A stretch of DNA of 64,000 nt, taken from Burkholderiales bacterium (GTDB lineage: Bacteria > Pseudomonadota > Gammaproteobacteria > Burkholderiales > Methylophilaceae). Location of the stretch: assembly GCA_038327905.1 (NCBI GenBank), contig JBBQLN010000010.1, forward strand, positions 11 to 64,010, written 5' to 3'. This document shows positions 1 to 10,379 of the stretch, piece after piece. The notes beneath the pieces were generated by a model. That model was given only the letters and a program-made list of their open reading frames with translations, was not told where the DNA came from and ran no database searches. Both the position numbers and the translations under genes were made by a program. Within the stretch, counting starts at the first letter, position 1, and each line of letters begins with the position of its first letter.

Positions 1-754
1 TACTTTGTCTAAAGCGCCCTGTGAGCGGCGTTTCTAGGGTTAAATCGCCATGTGCGAAGAGCGCCCAAATCTCTTTACCATATTGCGTAGTAAGCAACTC
101 TGGCGCAAAACGACCAAAGTAATCACTTAAGTTTCTAACATCGCGCTCTAACATTTCTCGTGCGTTATTATTACCCGCCGCATCTACCGCCTGCGGTAAA
201 TCAATAATTACAGGACCATCGGCACTCATTAAAATATTAAATTCAGATAAGTCTCCATGCACAATGCCGGCACAAAGCATGCGCACCACTTCTTTAATTA
301 AAGTGCTGTGGTGAATACGGGCATCTTCTGCACTAAAAGTCACATCGTTTAAACGTGGTGCGGCATTACCATTGGCATCGGTCACCAACTCCATTAACAA
401 CACGCCTTCGTAGAAGTTATATGGCTCTGGCACGCGCACGCCTGCATTGGCAAGGCGATACAAAGCATCGACCTCTGCACTTTGCCAAGCGGCCTCTTGT
501 GACTCTCGTCCGAATTTTGAACCCTTAGCCATCGCGCGACTTTGGCGACTATTTTTAACTTTACGTCCTTCGGTATAATCTACGCTCTGACGAAAGCTAC
601 GTTTATTCGCCTCTTTATACACCTTGGCGCATCGCACATCATCGCCGCAACGCACGACGTACACGGTCGCCTCTTTACCGCTCATGAGTTGACGAACAAC
701 ATCGTCAATCAAGCCATCTTCGAGTAAAGGTTCAAGTCTTTGGGGAGTTTTCAT
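1..754 (-). CDS. RIO-type (RIO1-like) serine protein kinase, 3' end cut by window edge
   Basis: Absent from the ORF track because it runs off the window. My reverse-strand translation from the ATG (plus-strand CAT 752-754) is open to base 2: MKTPQRLEPLLEDGLIDDVVRQLMSGKEATVYVVRCG..AKVYK..LLMELV..IVHGDLSEFNILM..VIIDLPQAVDA. The ATP-binding Lys, catalytic HGDLSEFN loop and IDxxQ metal site are typical of bacterial RIO kinases. Confidence 0.75.
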   Translation of the reverse strand, partial: MKTPQRLEPLLEDGLIDDVVRQLMSGKEATVYVVRCGDDVRCAKVYKEANKRSFRQSVDYTEGRKVKNSRQSRAMAKGSKFGRESQEAAWQSAEVDALYRLANAGVRVPEPYNFYEGVLLMELVTDANGNAAPRLNDVTFSAEDARIHHSTLIKEVVRMLCAGIVHGDLSEFNILMSADGPVIIDLPQAVDAAGNNNAREMLERDVRNLSDYFGRFAPELLTTQYGKEIWALFAHGDLTLETPLTGRFRQS

Positions 755-792
755 AGCGCTATTCTAACACTCGGCATTCACTCATTTGGCAC

Positions 793-975
793 TTACTCAC
801 TTAGCAACTTTCCGCCTATCGCCCAATCTTCATAAGCGACCTCTTCAAAGGTAATGTAGGTATACGATTTTGGTTTATGCGCTACTCGCTCTATGGTCTC
901 GGTAAATTCTTTGGCGATTTGTGCTTTTTGTTCTTTAGTGACAGAACCTGCTAGCTTGATATTCACGTATGGCAT
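793..975 (-). CDS. 4-oxalocrotonate tautomerase family protein
   Basis: 60 aa, begins MP (catalytic Pro1), which is the typical 4-OT length. GGAG lies about 8 nt upstream of the ATG. Confidence 0.8.
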   Translation of the reverse strand: MPYVNIKLAGSVTKEQKAQIAKEFTETIERVAHKPKSYTYITFEEVAYEDWAIGGKLLSE

Positions 976-1020
976 CTTGAATCTCCTTTGGTTTGAGTAA
1001 TTACTAGTAATACGGTTTGT

Positions 1021-1743
1021 TTAATGCTCATGCTGACCTAGGCTAGGCGCTAATTGCCCAGGCTTTAAATGAAACGTTTTCCAGATGTCGCGTATTAGAT
1101 TCAGTGTAAAGACAAATAACAAAATTGAAATTAGCAACGATAAAATTGGATCTATTGGCATCCAACCTGTGAAATAAATAACAATACCAGCCGCCACAGC
1201 AGCCACTGAGCCTAATAAATCTCCCATCACATGTAAAAATGCTGCGCGATTATTCAGGGTTTCTGCGTGATGAGCGGCTTGGTGATGCAGTTGTTTAGCC
1301 ACCACAATATTCACAATTAAACCCAAAGTGGCAATAATAGTGAGCCCTAAACCTTGCACCTGATGCGGCTCATGAAACCGTGCAATCGCTTCAACCACGA
1401 CAAATACAATCACGACCAATAAAGAAATTGCGTTAAAAATTGAAACCCCTAGTTCCACATAAGTGACACCTGAGCGGTGACGTGCAATGTTAGGCTTTTT
1501 AGCCATCACACCAGCCATCCAAGCCAGCCCCAGCGCAGCAACGTCAGAGAACATATGTCCAGCATCACTTAATAAAGCCAATGAACCTGTGTACCAGCTA
1601 CCAACAGCCTCAACAATGGCGAAGGTGAATATCAATAAAAATGGAATCAGGTAATGATCGTGATCGTCATGATCACAGTCGTTATGATTGTGGTCGTTAT
1701 GTTGATCACTATCGTCGTGCGGGTGTTCGTGTGAGTTTGTCAT
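1021..1743 (-). CDS. Cation diffusion facilitator (CzcD/ZitB-like) metal efflux protein with His/Asp-rich N-tail and no C-terminal cytoplasmic domain
   Basis: Six hydrophobic segments. TM2 motif SDAGHMFSD and TM5 motif HVMGD (HxxxD pairs of the CDF metal site). N-terminal HEHPHDDSDQHNDHNHNDCDHDDHDH. Only 240 aa. Confidence 0.8.
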   Translation of the reverse strand: MTNSHEHPHDDSDQHNDHNHNDCDHDDHDHYLIPFLLIFTFAIVEAVGSWYTGSLALLSDAGHMFSDVAALGLAWMAGVMAKKPNIARHRSGVTYVELGVSIFNAISLLVVIVFVVVEAIARFHEPHQVQGLGLTIIATLGLIVNIVVAKQLHHQAAHHAETLNNRAAFLHVMGDLLGSVAAVAAGIVIYFTGWMPIDPILSLLISILLFVFTLNLIRDIWKTFHLKPGQLAPSLGQHEH

Positions 1744-1855
1744 AGGTGAAATGCTAACCGAAAAATTGTTTTATTTAGCATTTTTATAGTTAAAAATTTA
1801 TGGCTTGATTTGAGAAAGCTATAATGTCGCTATTCAATATTGTTAGTTAGACTTT

Positions 1856-2698
1856 ATGCTAAGTTACCGCCACGCCTTTCATGCAGGCAACCACGCCGAT
1901 GTACTTAAACACTATGTATTAGGTTTAGTGCTAGATTACATGAATCAAAAAAATAAACCCTATTGGTATATCGACACGCATGCAGGCGCTGGTTTGTATA
2001 GCTTAACTGGGGGCTATGCCACACAAAACGCAGAGTTTAAACAAGGTATTACAAAGCTTTTTTCTGCTAACAATCTACCCAAGCCGCTTGCCGACTTTGT
2101 CGCGCAGATTAAACGTTTTAATACGAATGCGCTAGATTTTTATCCTGGCTCGCCAATGGTAGCGCAAGACTTTTTGCGTGCTGATGACAAAATGCGTCTG
2201 TTTGAATTGCATCCTAGCGATTACAAATTGTTAATTGAAAATTTTAAAGGTCAAGGTAAGCAAGTTAAAATTGAAATGCAAAATGGCTTTGCTGGCATCA
2301 AAGCCTGCTTACCCCCGCCAACACGCCGCGCTGCGGTATTAATAGATCCGCCTTATGAGGACAAACAGGATTACCAGCACGTGGTCAGTATGATTAGGGA
2401 TTGCCTAACGCGCTTTCCAACTGGTACTTATATGATTTGGTATCCCATTTTACAGCGCCCAGAGCCAGCTGAAATGATAGATGATTTAATACATTTAGAT
2501 TTACCGAGCTGGCTAAACGTAGAAATGACCATACAAGAACCATCTCTAGAGGGTTTTGGCATGCATGGTAGCGGCTTATTTATTGTGAATCCACCTTGGA
2601 CGCTAGCTAAAACACTAGAAGGAACAATGCCAGTGTTAACACAGCTATTGGCTTTGGATAGAACCGCAAGTTACGTACTTGAAAGCGAAGTAACTTAA
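1856..2698 (+). CDS. rlmJ: 23S rRNA (adenine2030-N6)-methyltransferase RlmJ
   Basis: 280 aa, the same length as E. coli RlmJ. N-terminus MLSYRHAFHAGNHADVLKH and the IDPPYE motif match the recalled E. coli sequence closely. Confidence 0.9.
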   Translation: MLSYRHAFHAGNHADVLKHYVLGLVLDYMNQKNKPYWYIDTHAGAGLYSLTGGYATQNAEFKQGITKLFSANNLPKPLADFVAQIKRFNTNALDFYPGSPMVAQDFLRADDKMRLFELHPSDYKLLIENFKGQGKQVKIEMQNGFAGIKACLPPPTRRAAVLIDPPYEDKQDYQHVVSMIRDCLTRFPTGTYMIWYPILQRPEPAEMIDDLIHLDLPSWLNVEMTIQEPSLEGFGMHGSGLFIVNPPWTLAKTLEGTMPVLTQLLALDRTASYVLESEVT

Positions 2699-2707
2699 CA
2701 GATTGAC

Positions 2708-3808
2708 TTAATAAACCTTAATAACAGGTGTTAGCGCAGACGGCTCGGCTTTAACACTAAACTCTTGCACTGCAACAGTTTTATTGCTCTCTGTTTCGAC
2801 ACTTACTTTCCACTCCCCTGCTTGCAAGGCAGATTTATAAGTATAGCCACGAAAGCCATCATAACGGCCGCCAGACAGGGTGAAGCCTACTTTAGAACGT
2901 GTCTGCCAGCCTTTTTTCTTATCGTGATATTGCCACACATGGTATAGACGAGTTTTAAGCCCTTTTGGTGCAAAAACTGATGAGAAGCAATAAACACGCT
3001 GTCCAGGCGCCACATATAAATCACTACTAGCATTACGCCAAAACACCCACCAGCTAGATGGTTGCTGGCTTAATTGGTAATTACCATCGACTTTATTAAT
3101 CGCATACCCTACTGCAATATCGCGCTTCACTAGTGGTACAGGTGGAATCATATCAAATGCATAAGCGAGCATTAACAGCGAGGCAATCACACTCACTGGC
3201 CAAATGCTACCATCATGATTAGGAGTTTTTTTGTATAACAAAAATGCTGCCCCTGCACCTAACAGAGTACTTAAATAAAACCAAACAGCATGTATGCTGC
3301 CTATTAAATAAGGCAAAGCAAAATTAAAGAGCAGCGTCGCGCAAAAACCAAACTGCGCCCAGCTTAGTGTAAATTGTTTATATTTGTCTTCTAGATACTC
3401 GTTGGCCACCAGCAGGATGCCTAAGACAATAGACATCACCCAAGCCAACCAATGATTTGAGCTTTTAAAATACAGAATAAATAAAGAGCTTAATAAGTTG
3501 CCAAATAAAAACTGCAATAACAAATAAGGTAGATTCTCCCAGTACAAACGCTTATGAATTTTTGCAGCCCATGAGGGTAGTTTTGAAGCATCAGCCAAGA
3601 TAAATGTTGAGCTACCTAATGTATATAAAATAGCGGCTGCAATGCCTAAATAGAGAAAAAAAGTAATGAGATCTGAGTAGGCAACATTGCGACCAATGGT
3701 GAGCGCATCCCACAAAAATCCGCCAAAAAAGAAAATGACAGGAAATAAATCACCTAGTTTTAACACATGGTGATACAAGCGTGTTTGTTTGATTTTAGAA
3801 ATATCCAT
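2708..3808 (-). CDS. Polytopic membrane protein with soluble C-terminal domain (DUF2914-like)
   Basis: 366 aa with about 7 hydrophobic helices, then a beta-rich C-terminal domain of about 130 aa (YHVWQYHDKKKGW..). The family assignment is from memory only. Confidence 0.5.
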   Translation of the reverse strand: MDISKIKQTRLYHHVLKLGDLFPVIFFFGGFLWDALTIGRNVAYSDLITFFLYLGIAAAILYTLGSSTFILADASKLPSWAAKIHKRLYWENLPYLLLQFLFGNLLSSLFILYFKSSNHWLAWVMSIVLGILLVANEYLEDKYKQFTLSWAQFGFCATLLFNFALPYLIGSIHAVWFYLSTLLGAGAAFLLYKKTPNHDGSIWPVSVIASLLMLAYAFDMIPPVPLVKRDIAVGYAINKVDGNYQLSQQPSSWWVFWRNASSDLYVAPGQRVYCFSSVFAPKGLKTRLYHVWQYHDKKKGWQTRSKVGFTLSGGRYDGFRGYTYKSALQAGEWKVSVETESNKTVAVQEFSVKAEPSALTPVIKVY

Positions 3809-3834
3809 CTAATAGTATTCAGAAAAAATTAGAC

Positions 3835-4263
3835 TTAAGAAACAAGGCTACACAGTATATAGCCAATGACTATTCCAGTAATAAGTGCAATGGTCACTGC
3901 GCGATAGGTCAATACATCTTTAGAATAGCCACGCTTAATGGCGACATAGGAAACCAAATAACCGATGGCATTCAATAGCCAAATGACACCAATCGACAAC
4001 ACTTTTACAATGAGTGGGCCAATAATAGGAATGAGCGCAATGATGCTAACCACCCAAGCGAAAACGTGAGAAATAGTCGCAAATATCACCACGCCTGTAG
4101 TCACCGCTTTTGCATGCCAGTTAAAATACCAAGCAGCATAGACCGCTGCAGCTAGCACGATGGAAAGTGGTAGCATCCACTTCCAAGAGCCACTTTCTGC
4201 AGGCTTTGTAATTTCTTCAGGGTTAAATATGTGGTGATTATCTGGCTTTTGTTCTGAATTCAT
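3835..4263 (-). CDS. Small integral membrane protein, function unknown
   Basis: 142 aa with four hydrophobic segments. No recognisable motif. Confidence 0.55.
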   Translation of the reverse strand: MNSEQKPDNHHIFNPEEITKPAESGSWKWMLPLSIVLAAAVYAAWYFNWHAKAVTTGVVIFATISHVFAWVVSIIALIPIIGPLIVKVLSIGVIWLLNAIGYLVSYVAIKRGYSKDVLTYRAVTIALITGIVIGYILCSLVS

Positions 4264-4502
4264 AGCAAGATAATATCAGGAAAACAGAGTTTAAGTGTTA
4301 TCCCAAGAGCTGCTATAGCTGGCACTTTAGCTTCGCTAACTCTAATGCATGTAAGTTACCGGCCCAAAAAATACTATAATTTTATCAAGCTTAGCATGCA
4401 CTTTACCTTGCTCCAGAGGTGAACTCAAACAGCCTTACAACATTTGAGTCCACTTGATAACATGATTAAACTAATGTTAATTAGTAAGCTAGGTCTGCGT
4501 TA

Positions 4503-5258
4503 CTACCTTGTAGTGTAACCGCCATTTGCAAAAATAGTTTGTCCAGTAATCCACCAGCCATCTGTCACTAGAAATTTAATAAGAGGCACAATATCTTCAA
4601 TCTTTGTTAAGCCACCAAGTGCAGATGCCGACTTGTGATATGCCACAGCTTCTGCACTTTCTTGACCATAGAAGAAAGGTGTGTCCATTGGCCCTGGACC
4701 AACCGCTGTTACAGATATACCTCGTTCACCAAACTCTTTTGATGCCGCACGCGTAAAGTGCTCTACTGGGGCTTTCATGCCGCCATAAGTAGAGTACAGC
4801 CCCGTGTATGCCGCTAGCAGTGAAGTCACAACCGTGCAGATTTTACCTCCATCATTGAGCTGCTTGCCTGCTTCTTGGATAAAAAAGTAAGCAGCTCTAG
4901 AATTAATTGAAGCCATTGAGTCGTACTCCGCTTCTGTTGTTTCTGTAAATGCTTTTTTGAGCACCTTGCCAACTGTGTTAATCGCAATATCAACACTGCC
5001 ATACTGTTTCTTGGCTAGCGCAAAGACCGCTACAACATCCGCCACTTTCGTAAAGTCGCCTTGCACTGCTATTGCCTCACCGCCAGCGGATTTAATATCG
5101 GCGACCGTTTTTTCTGCATCAGCTTTTGTTGATGCACTGTTGTAGTGTACAACCACTTTGGCACCTTCTGCAGCGAAGGTGCGACTGATAAGTCCACCCA
5201 GATTTTTTGCGCCACCTGCGACAATAGCCACCTTACCATTTAATGCATGCTTTGACAT
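4503..5258 (-). CDS. Short-chain dehydrogenase/reductase (SDR) family oxidoreductase
   Basis: 251 aa. N-terminal glycine-rich Rossmann motif (VAGGAKNLGG) and catalytic YxxxK (YGGMK). Confidence 0.85.
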   Translation of the reverse strand: MSKHALNGKVAIVAGGAKNLGGLISRTFAAEGAKVVVHYNSASTKADAEKTVADIKSAGGEAIAVQGDFTKVADVVAVFALAKKQYGSVDIAINTVGKVLKKAFTETTEAEYDSMASINSRAAYFFIQEAGKQLNDGGKICTVVTSLLAAYTGLYSTYGGMKAPVEHFTRAASKEFGERGISVTAVGPGPMDTPFFYGQESAEAVAYHKSASALGGLTKIEDIVPLIKFLVTDGWWITGQTIFANGGYTTR

Positions 5259-5392
5259 TGCGTTCTCCGTTTGAATAAAAATTGACTTTCTGTGTATTAA
5301 CTGAAAATATACATTAATTATAAATTACGACAAATAGTTAGTTTTTGAATAAACTATCCGTTATCTACGAACAATTAACTACGGACACCAAT

Positions 5393-6292
5393 ATGGATCG
5401 AATTGATGCACTTAAGTTATTTTCACTCGTTGCAGAGACTGAAAGCTTTAGTAAAGCGGCAGAGATAAGTCGATTGCCACGCTCCACTGTTTCTGCAGTA
5501 ATACAGAAACTTGAATCTTCGCATAAGACTCAATTACTTTACAGAACAACCCGAAAAGTTCACCTTACCGAGGATGGCCTAGCATTATTGCAACGATGCC
5601 ATTACTTGTTAGCCGAAATGGATGAAATTGATAGTCTATTTAAACAAAATCCAAGCAAGGTCAGTGGGAAAATTAAAGTTGACGTCCCCAGCAGGATTGG
5701 CTCTCGCGTCATTGCACCTGCTTTACCTGACTTTCTAAATCAATTTCCAGAAATTGATATTGAACTGAGGGTTACAGACCGTGCTGTAGATTTGATACAA
5801 GAAGGTGTTGATTGCGTTCTGAGGGTAGGCAACCTAGTTTCGAGTAGTTTAATTGCTCGGCCTGTTGGGCGTTTTGATATTATTAATGTCGCTAGTGTGG
5901 CTTATCTGAAAAAATATGGCGCCCCAGAAAAAACAGAAGATTTATCCAACCATTTTGCAGTGAACTATATTTCGCCAACGACAGGCAAAGTGATGCCGTG
6001 GGAGTATATAAAAGACAACAAGCTTATTTCAATAACGATGAAAAGCAGAGTTATGGTTAATCATGCCGATACTTATATAGCATGCGCCTTATCTGGTATG
6101 GGGATGATCCAAGCACCTGCGTTTGACGTTATGCATCTCCTTGCCAAGGGAGAGTTAGTTGAAGTCTTGCCACATGCAAAAGCTGAGCCAATGCGGGTGA
6201 ATATCTTATATCCACATCGGCAACATTTATCACAACGTGTTCGTATTTTTATAGACTGGTTGGAAAAAACAATTAACGATATTCAACACTGA
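5393..6292 (+). CDS. LysR family transcriptional regulator, divergent from the SDR gene
   Basis: The HTH region MDRIDALKLFSLVAETESFSKAAEISRLPRSTVSAVIQKLE is typical of LysR. I prefer the in-frame ATG at 5393 over the TTG at 5345 used by the ORF track. Confidence 0.85.
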   Translation: MDRIDALKLFSLVAETESFSKAAEISRLPRSTVSAVIQKLESSHKTQLLYRTTRKVHLTEDGLALLQRCHYLLAEMDEIDSLFKQNPSKVSGKIKVDVPSRIGSRVIAPALPDFLNQFPEIDIELRVTDRAVDLIQEGVDCVLRVGNLVSSSLIARPVGRFDIINVASVAYLKKYGAPEKTEDLSNHFAVNYISPTTGKVMPWEYIKDNKLISITMKSRVMVNHADTYIACALSGMGMIQAPAFDVMHLLAKGELVEVLPHAKAEPMRVNILYPHRQHLSQRVRIFIDWLEKTINDIQH

Positions 6293-6386
6293 TGTTAACC
6301 AATAAAGTCTGTGGAAAGTTGTTTAGATCGCTTATGCTATGTTCCAGAAATAATGTTCAGGTAACCCTATGAGATTATAAATTAGA

Positions 6387-7247
6387 TTAAAAATCCTTAT
6401 CCGCAAGTGGATAATTCGCAGGTTCTGTATAGCGCCACTTTTTGCTATCGAAATGAATTACCCACGGTTTAGGATACAACTTGGCACCTTTGTCATGACC
6501 CGTCAGTGTAATTAACAAAGGATATACCTTTACATTTGAATCTTGTGTATCAATTTTTAGAGTAGATTGCACGAGTGATGACGTTTTATTACAATCTATC
6601 TCAACTTCAATTGAGTCACCGTTTTCATCTAAAACAGGGTTACCAACTTCGTCTACTTTCTCAGTCATTTCGCCACAGGCACCAGTGTCGTCGTAATCGG
6701 AAGTAATATACCCAATCTCCTTAACATCCTTACCGTAAGGTGCCAGAATGCTGTACCGACTACCGCAATAACCTTGATGGCAATCACCCCAAGCATTTTG
6801 CCACCCCCAATAATCTGCAGGGCCTAACTTCACTAGTTTCCAAGCGGTTGGCCCAGCACCACTAGCGCCCGCTGGAATCGCAGGGTTAGCCGCAATGACT
6901 TTAGATTTTCCATGCCGAGTTTCAGCGACAAATGCACCCACTGAACCAAGGCTAGCGTGTGACGTATTGGATTCACCTTGGTCATCCACTAACTCACCAG
7001 ATGCAATGACATAAAGACGCTCGCCATCTTTTAAAGTTAGCTTCTGTTCACTATCTAACTTCATGCAATAGCGTCCGCTGTCTCCATCATCTGAAATCCA
7101 ACATGCGTGCTTTTGGTCGAAGCCTGGATAGGCTTGATCTAGTATCTGCTTGGCTGTTAGGGGCTTTTGGCTGCATGCCGCGACAGCGAACAGTATAAAC
7201 AAATAAGCGGCTAGATGCCTGCACCTAGCCGTAAACAGTATCTTCAT
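6387..7247 (-). CDS. Cys-rich lipoprotein, function unknown
   Basis: Signal peptide ending in the lipobox AVAAC-S. 286 aa with several Cys pairs. No family recognised. Confidence 0.55.
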   Translation of the reverse strand: MKILFTARCRHLAAYLFILFAVAACSQKPLTAKQILDQAYPGFDQKHACWISDDGDSGRYCMKLDSEQKLTLKDGERLYVIASGELVDDQGESNTSHASLGSVGAFVAETRHGKSKVIAANPAIPAGASGAGPTAWKLVKLGPADYWGWQNAWGDCHQGYCGSRYSILAPYGKDVKEIGYITSDYDDTGACGEMTEKVDEVGNPVLDENGDSIEVEIDCNKTSSLVQSTLKIDTQDSNVKVYPLLITLTGHDKGAKLYPKPWVIHFDSKKWRYTEPANYPLADKDF

Positions 7248-7277
7248 AGAAAAGTTTCAAATAGCAAAAACTAGATA

Positions 7278-9866
7278 CTAAGCTACTTCAGCAATTGGAA
7301 TGACTTTTTTACCAGTGCTTAATGTATCCAAAGCCGCTTTATATTCCGTCATTTGATCGAAATTTAGATATTTATAAATTTCAGCGGTATTGGCAAGTTT
7401 ATTACCTATTGTTTCCAAGTATTCAGCATGCGTAGGCAAGCGGCCGAGCTTCGCACAAACTGCCGCTAATTCAGCTGAACCTAGATAAACACGGGCGTCT
7501 TTACCCATACGGTTATCAAAGTTACGCGTGCTGGTTGAGAACACGGTGGCTTTATCTGCCACGCGCGCTTGGTTACCCATACACAATGAACACCCTGGAA
7601 TCTCGGTACGTGCGCCCGCTACGCCAAAGGTTGAATACACACCCTCGTCACGCAACTGTGCTTCATCCATACGTGTTGGTGGCGCAATCCATAAACGCGT
7701 TGGAATACCGCCAGAGCCTTCTAATACTTTAGCCGCAGCACGATAATGGCCAATATTGGTCATACAGCTACCGATAAACACTTCATCAATTTTGTCACCC
7801 TGTACGGCTGACAATGGTTTGATGTCATCTGGATCGTTCGGGCAAGCCACTAGCGGCTCTTTGATTGTATTCAAATCAATTTCAATCACATGTGCATACT
7901 CAGCATCAGCATCTGGTTTAAGTAGCACTGGCTTTGCCAACCATGCCTGCATGCTTTCAATACGGCGTTGCAAGGTACGCGCATCTTCATAACCATTTTC
8001 AATCATGTTTTGCATCAGCACGATATTTGAGCTTAGAAACTCAATCACTGGCGCCTCATTTAACAACACAGTACAGCCATTAGCTGAACGCTCTGCCGAA
8101 GCATCCGCCAACTCAAAGGCTTGCTCTACTTTTAAATCTGGCAAACCTTCAATTTCTAGCACGCGCCCATTAAATACGTTCTTTTTACCTGATTTACCAA
8201 CAGTTAAAGTGCCTTCTTGAATCGCCGCATAAGGAATCGCATTCACTAAATCGCGCAAGGTAATACCTGGTTGCATTGTGCCTTTAAAGCGCACTAAGAC
8301 TGACTCTGGCATATCTAGTGGCATCGCACCTGTCGCAGCGGCAAACGCCACCAAACCAGAGCCTGCTGGAAATGAAATACCAATAGGGAAGCGCGTATGT
8401 GAATCGCCGCCCGTACCTACCGTATCTGGTAATACCATGCGGTTTAACCATGAGTGAATAACACCATCACCTGGGCGTAATGAAACGCCGCCGCGGCTAG
8501 ACATAAACTCTGGCAAGCTGTGTTGTAAATTAATATCCACAGGTTTTGGATAAGCGGCCGTATGACAGAAACTTTGCATGACTAAATCCGCACTAAAACC
8601 TAAACAAGCCAACTCTTTTAACTCATCCCGCGTCATACCGCCAGTCGTATCTTGCGAGCCAACAGTAGTCGCTTTTGGCTCACAGTAAGTATTAGGGCGT
8701 ACACCTGTGCCTTCAGGCAAGCCACATGCGCGACCCACCATTTTTTGTGCGAGCGTGTAGCCTTTTGTTGAGCTGACTGCAGGTGTCGATTTAATGAATA
8801 CGGTAGTTTCAGGCAAGCTTAGTGCTTTGCGTGCATTTGAAGTTAGCCCACGACCAATAATCAATGGAATACGCCCTCCAGCGCGCACTTCATCTGGCAT
8901 GGTGACTGGGTTTAATTCAAAGGTAGAAAGTACATCACCAGCTTCGTTTAGCACTTTGCCTTCATATGGCTGAATAACAATCACATCACCCATATTCAGT
9001 TTTGATACATCACACTGAATCGGCATTGCGCCTGAGTCTTCAGCCGTGTTAAAGAAAATAGGCGCAATTTTTCCGCCTAAAATTACACCACCAGTGCGTT
9101 TGTTTGGAATGTGAGGAATATCTTTTCCCATAAACCATTGCACTGAGTTAATTGCAGATTTTCGTGATGAACCCGTACCTACCACATCGCCCACATAAGC
9201 TAATGGCAAGCCTTTTTGTTTTAAAGTATCAATGAGCTTTAAACCATCAGGCATTTTATTTACGAGCATCGCTTTAGCGTGCAATGGAATATCTGGGCGG
9301 CTCCAAGCATCTTGTGCAGGGCTTAAATCATCCGTATTGGTTTCACCCTCTACTTTAAACACCACCATCTTGATTTCTTTTGCCAAAGCTGGCGCATTGG
9401 TAAACCACTCGGCATTCGCCCAGCTTTCTATGAGTGTTTTAGCATGCGCGTTACCTGCTTTCATTAACACATCTACATCATGAAATGCGTCAAACATCAA
9501 AATTGTGCTTCTTAAAGCTTTCACCGCATGTTCTGCCATCGGCGTTTCTAAAAGATTCACTAAGGCCTGCACGTTATAACCACCAAGCATCGTGCCTAAC
9601 AATTCCACCGCCTTTTCAGATGAAATCAAAGGTGACTTAGCTGTACCTTTAGCTACATCTGCAAGAAACGCTGCTTTTACATAGGCTGCTTGATCCACGC
9701 CCGCTGGTGTGCGATTGGCAATCAAATCAAGCAGTAAGTCAGCTTCACCTGCTGGTGGACTTTTAAGTAACTCAACTACTTGAGCAACCTGCTCAGCAGA
9801 TAGAGGCAAAGGTGGAAGTTCAACAGCATTGCGTTCTGCAACATGGGCTTGATAGGCTTTTAACAT
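7278..9866 (-). CDS. acnB: Aconitate hydratase B / 2-methylisocitrate dehydratase
   Basis: 862 aa. The AcnB-specific N-terminal HEAT-like domain ([19 protein letters not shown]) precedes the aconitase Fe-S catalytic domains. Length and order are typical of AcnB. Confidence 0.92.
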   Translation of the reverse strand: MLKAYQAHVAERNAVELPPLPLSAEQVAQVVELLKSPPAGEADLLLDLIANRTPAGVDQAAYVKAAFLADVAKGTAKSPLISSEKAVELLGTMLGGYNVQALVNLLETPMAEHAVKALRSTILMFDAFHDVDVLMKAGNAHAKTLIESWANAEWFTNAPALAKEIKMVVFKVEGETNTDDLSPAQDAWSRPDIPLHAKAMLVNKMPDGLKLIDTLKQKGLPLAYVGDVVGTGSSRKSAINSVQWFMGKDIPHIPNKRTGGVILGGKIAPIFFNTAEDSGAMPIQCDVSKLNMGDVIVIQPYEGKVLNEAGDVLSTFELNPVTMPDEVRAGGRIPLIIGRGLTSNARKALSLPETTVFIKSTPAVSSTKGYTLAQKMVGRACGLPEGTGVRPNTYCEPKATTVGSQDTTGGMTRDELKELACLGFSADLVMQSFCHTAAYPKPVDINLQHSLPEFMSSRGGVSLRPGDGVIHSWLNRMVLPDTVGTGGDSHTRFPIGISFPAGSGLVAFAAATGAMPLDMPESVLVRFKGTMQPGITLRDLVNAIPYAAIQEGTLTVGKSGKKNVFNGRVLEIEGLPDLKVEQAFELADASAERSANGCTVLLNEAPVIEFLSSNIVLMQNMIENGYEDARTLQRRIESMQAWLAKPVLLKPDADAEYAHVIEIDLNTIKEPLVACPNDPDDIKPLSAVQGDKIDEVFIGSCMTNIGHYRAAAKVLEGSGGIPTRLWIAPPTRMDEAQLRDEGVYSTFGVAGARTEIPGCSLCMGNQARVADKATVFSTSTRNFDNRMGKDARVYLGSAELAAVCAKLGRLPTHAEYLETIGNKLANTAEIYKYLNFDQMTEYKAALDTLSTGKKVIPIAEVA

Positions 9867-9998
9867 AGTGATTTAAGGCTCTTTTTAAAATATTGGGTTT
9901 AATTATAAACCAGCCTAAATCAGTAAGAATTTCACATTTGTAAAATTTATAATTTAAGCTAGTCGGTGCTCGCTTTATTAGAGGACATTAACAGCCCT

Positions 9999-10304
9999 TT
10001 AATTAAATAATTTATCATCTGGCGGTAATGTGCAACTTTTACCTTGGCTACGCAACTCCCATCTATCCAAGATCTCTTTTTGATAATCTGGGCCATTTTT
10101 TAGTGCTAAAAATGCGCGCACTTCAGTCACGTCAGCAAAGCCGTTTTTATCGGTATCCATCGCGGCGATATTATCTTCTACCGTTGGGCCAGAATATCGG
10201 CTTTCATTGTCAGTTAAATAGCCCAGCACATCCCCTGCACTGGCTGTTACTACATTCAAAAAACAGCCTAGCAAAACAACACTTCTTAGCAATAGTTTTA
10301 ACAT
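9999..10304 (-). CDS. Small secreted EF-hand-like calcium-binding protein
   Basis: Signal peptide (..VVTASA-GD) followed by the loop DTDKNGFADVTE, which fits the 12-residue EF-hand consensus Dx[DN]x[DN]Gxxxx xE. Confidence 0.5.
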   Translation of the reverse strand: MLKLLLRSVVLLGCFLNVVTASAGDVLGYLTDNESRYSGPTVEDNIAAMDTDKNGFADVTEVRAFLALKNGPDYQKEILDRWELRSQGKSCTLPPDDKLFN

Positions 10305-10379
10305 TTTATCTGCGCTCTCTCAGTATTCCACCATTAAGTCTGACAGAGTTTAACGCAAATAGTGCATTACTCATGTGAC

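Noticed and set aside
542-727. 61-aa plus-strand ORF.
   Set aside because: It lies antisense inside the RIO kinase gene, which has clear kinase motifs on the minus strand.
5345-5392. N-terminal extensions suggested by the ORF track: LysR from the TTG at 5345, aceE from 63700, purB from the TTG at 35921, and the NYN protein from the TTG at 42294.
   Set aside because: In-frame ATG codons further downstream give N-termini matching the family consensus and known lengths, and some have better Shine-Dalgarno sequences.
10028-10378. 116-aa plus-strand ORF overlapping the EF-hand gene.
   Set aside because: It overlaps almost fully with the minus-strand ORF, which has a signal peptide and an EF-hand loop. 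The plus-strand product has no recognisable features.
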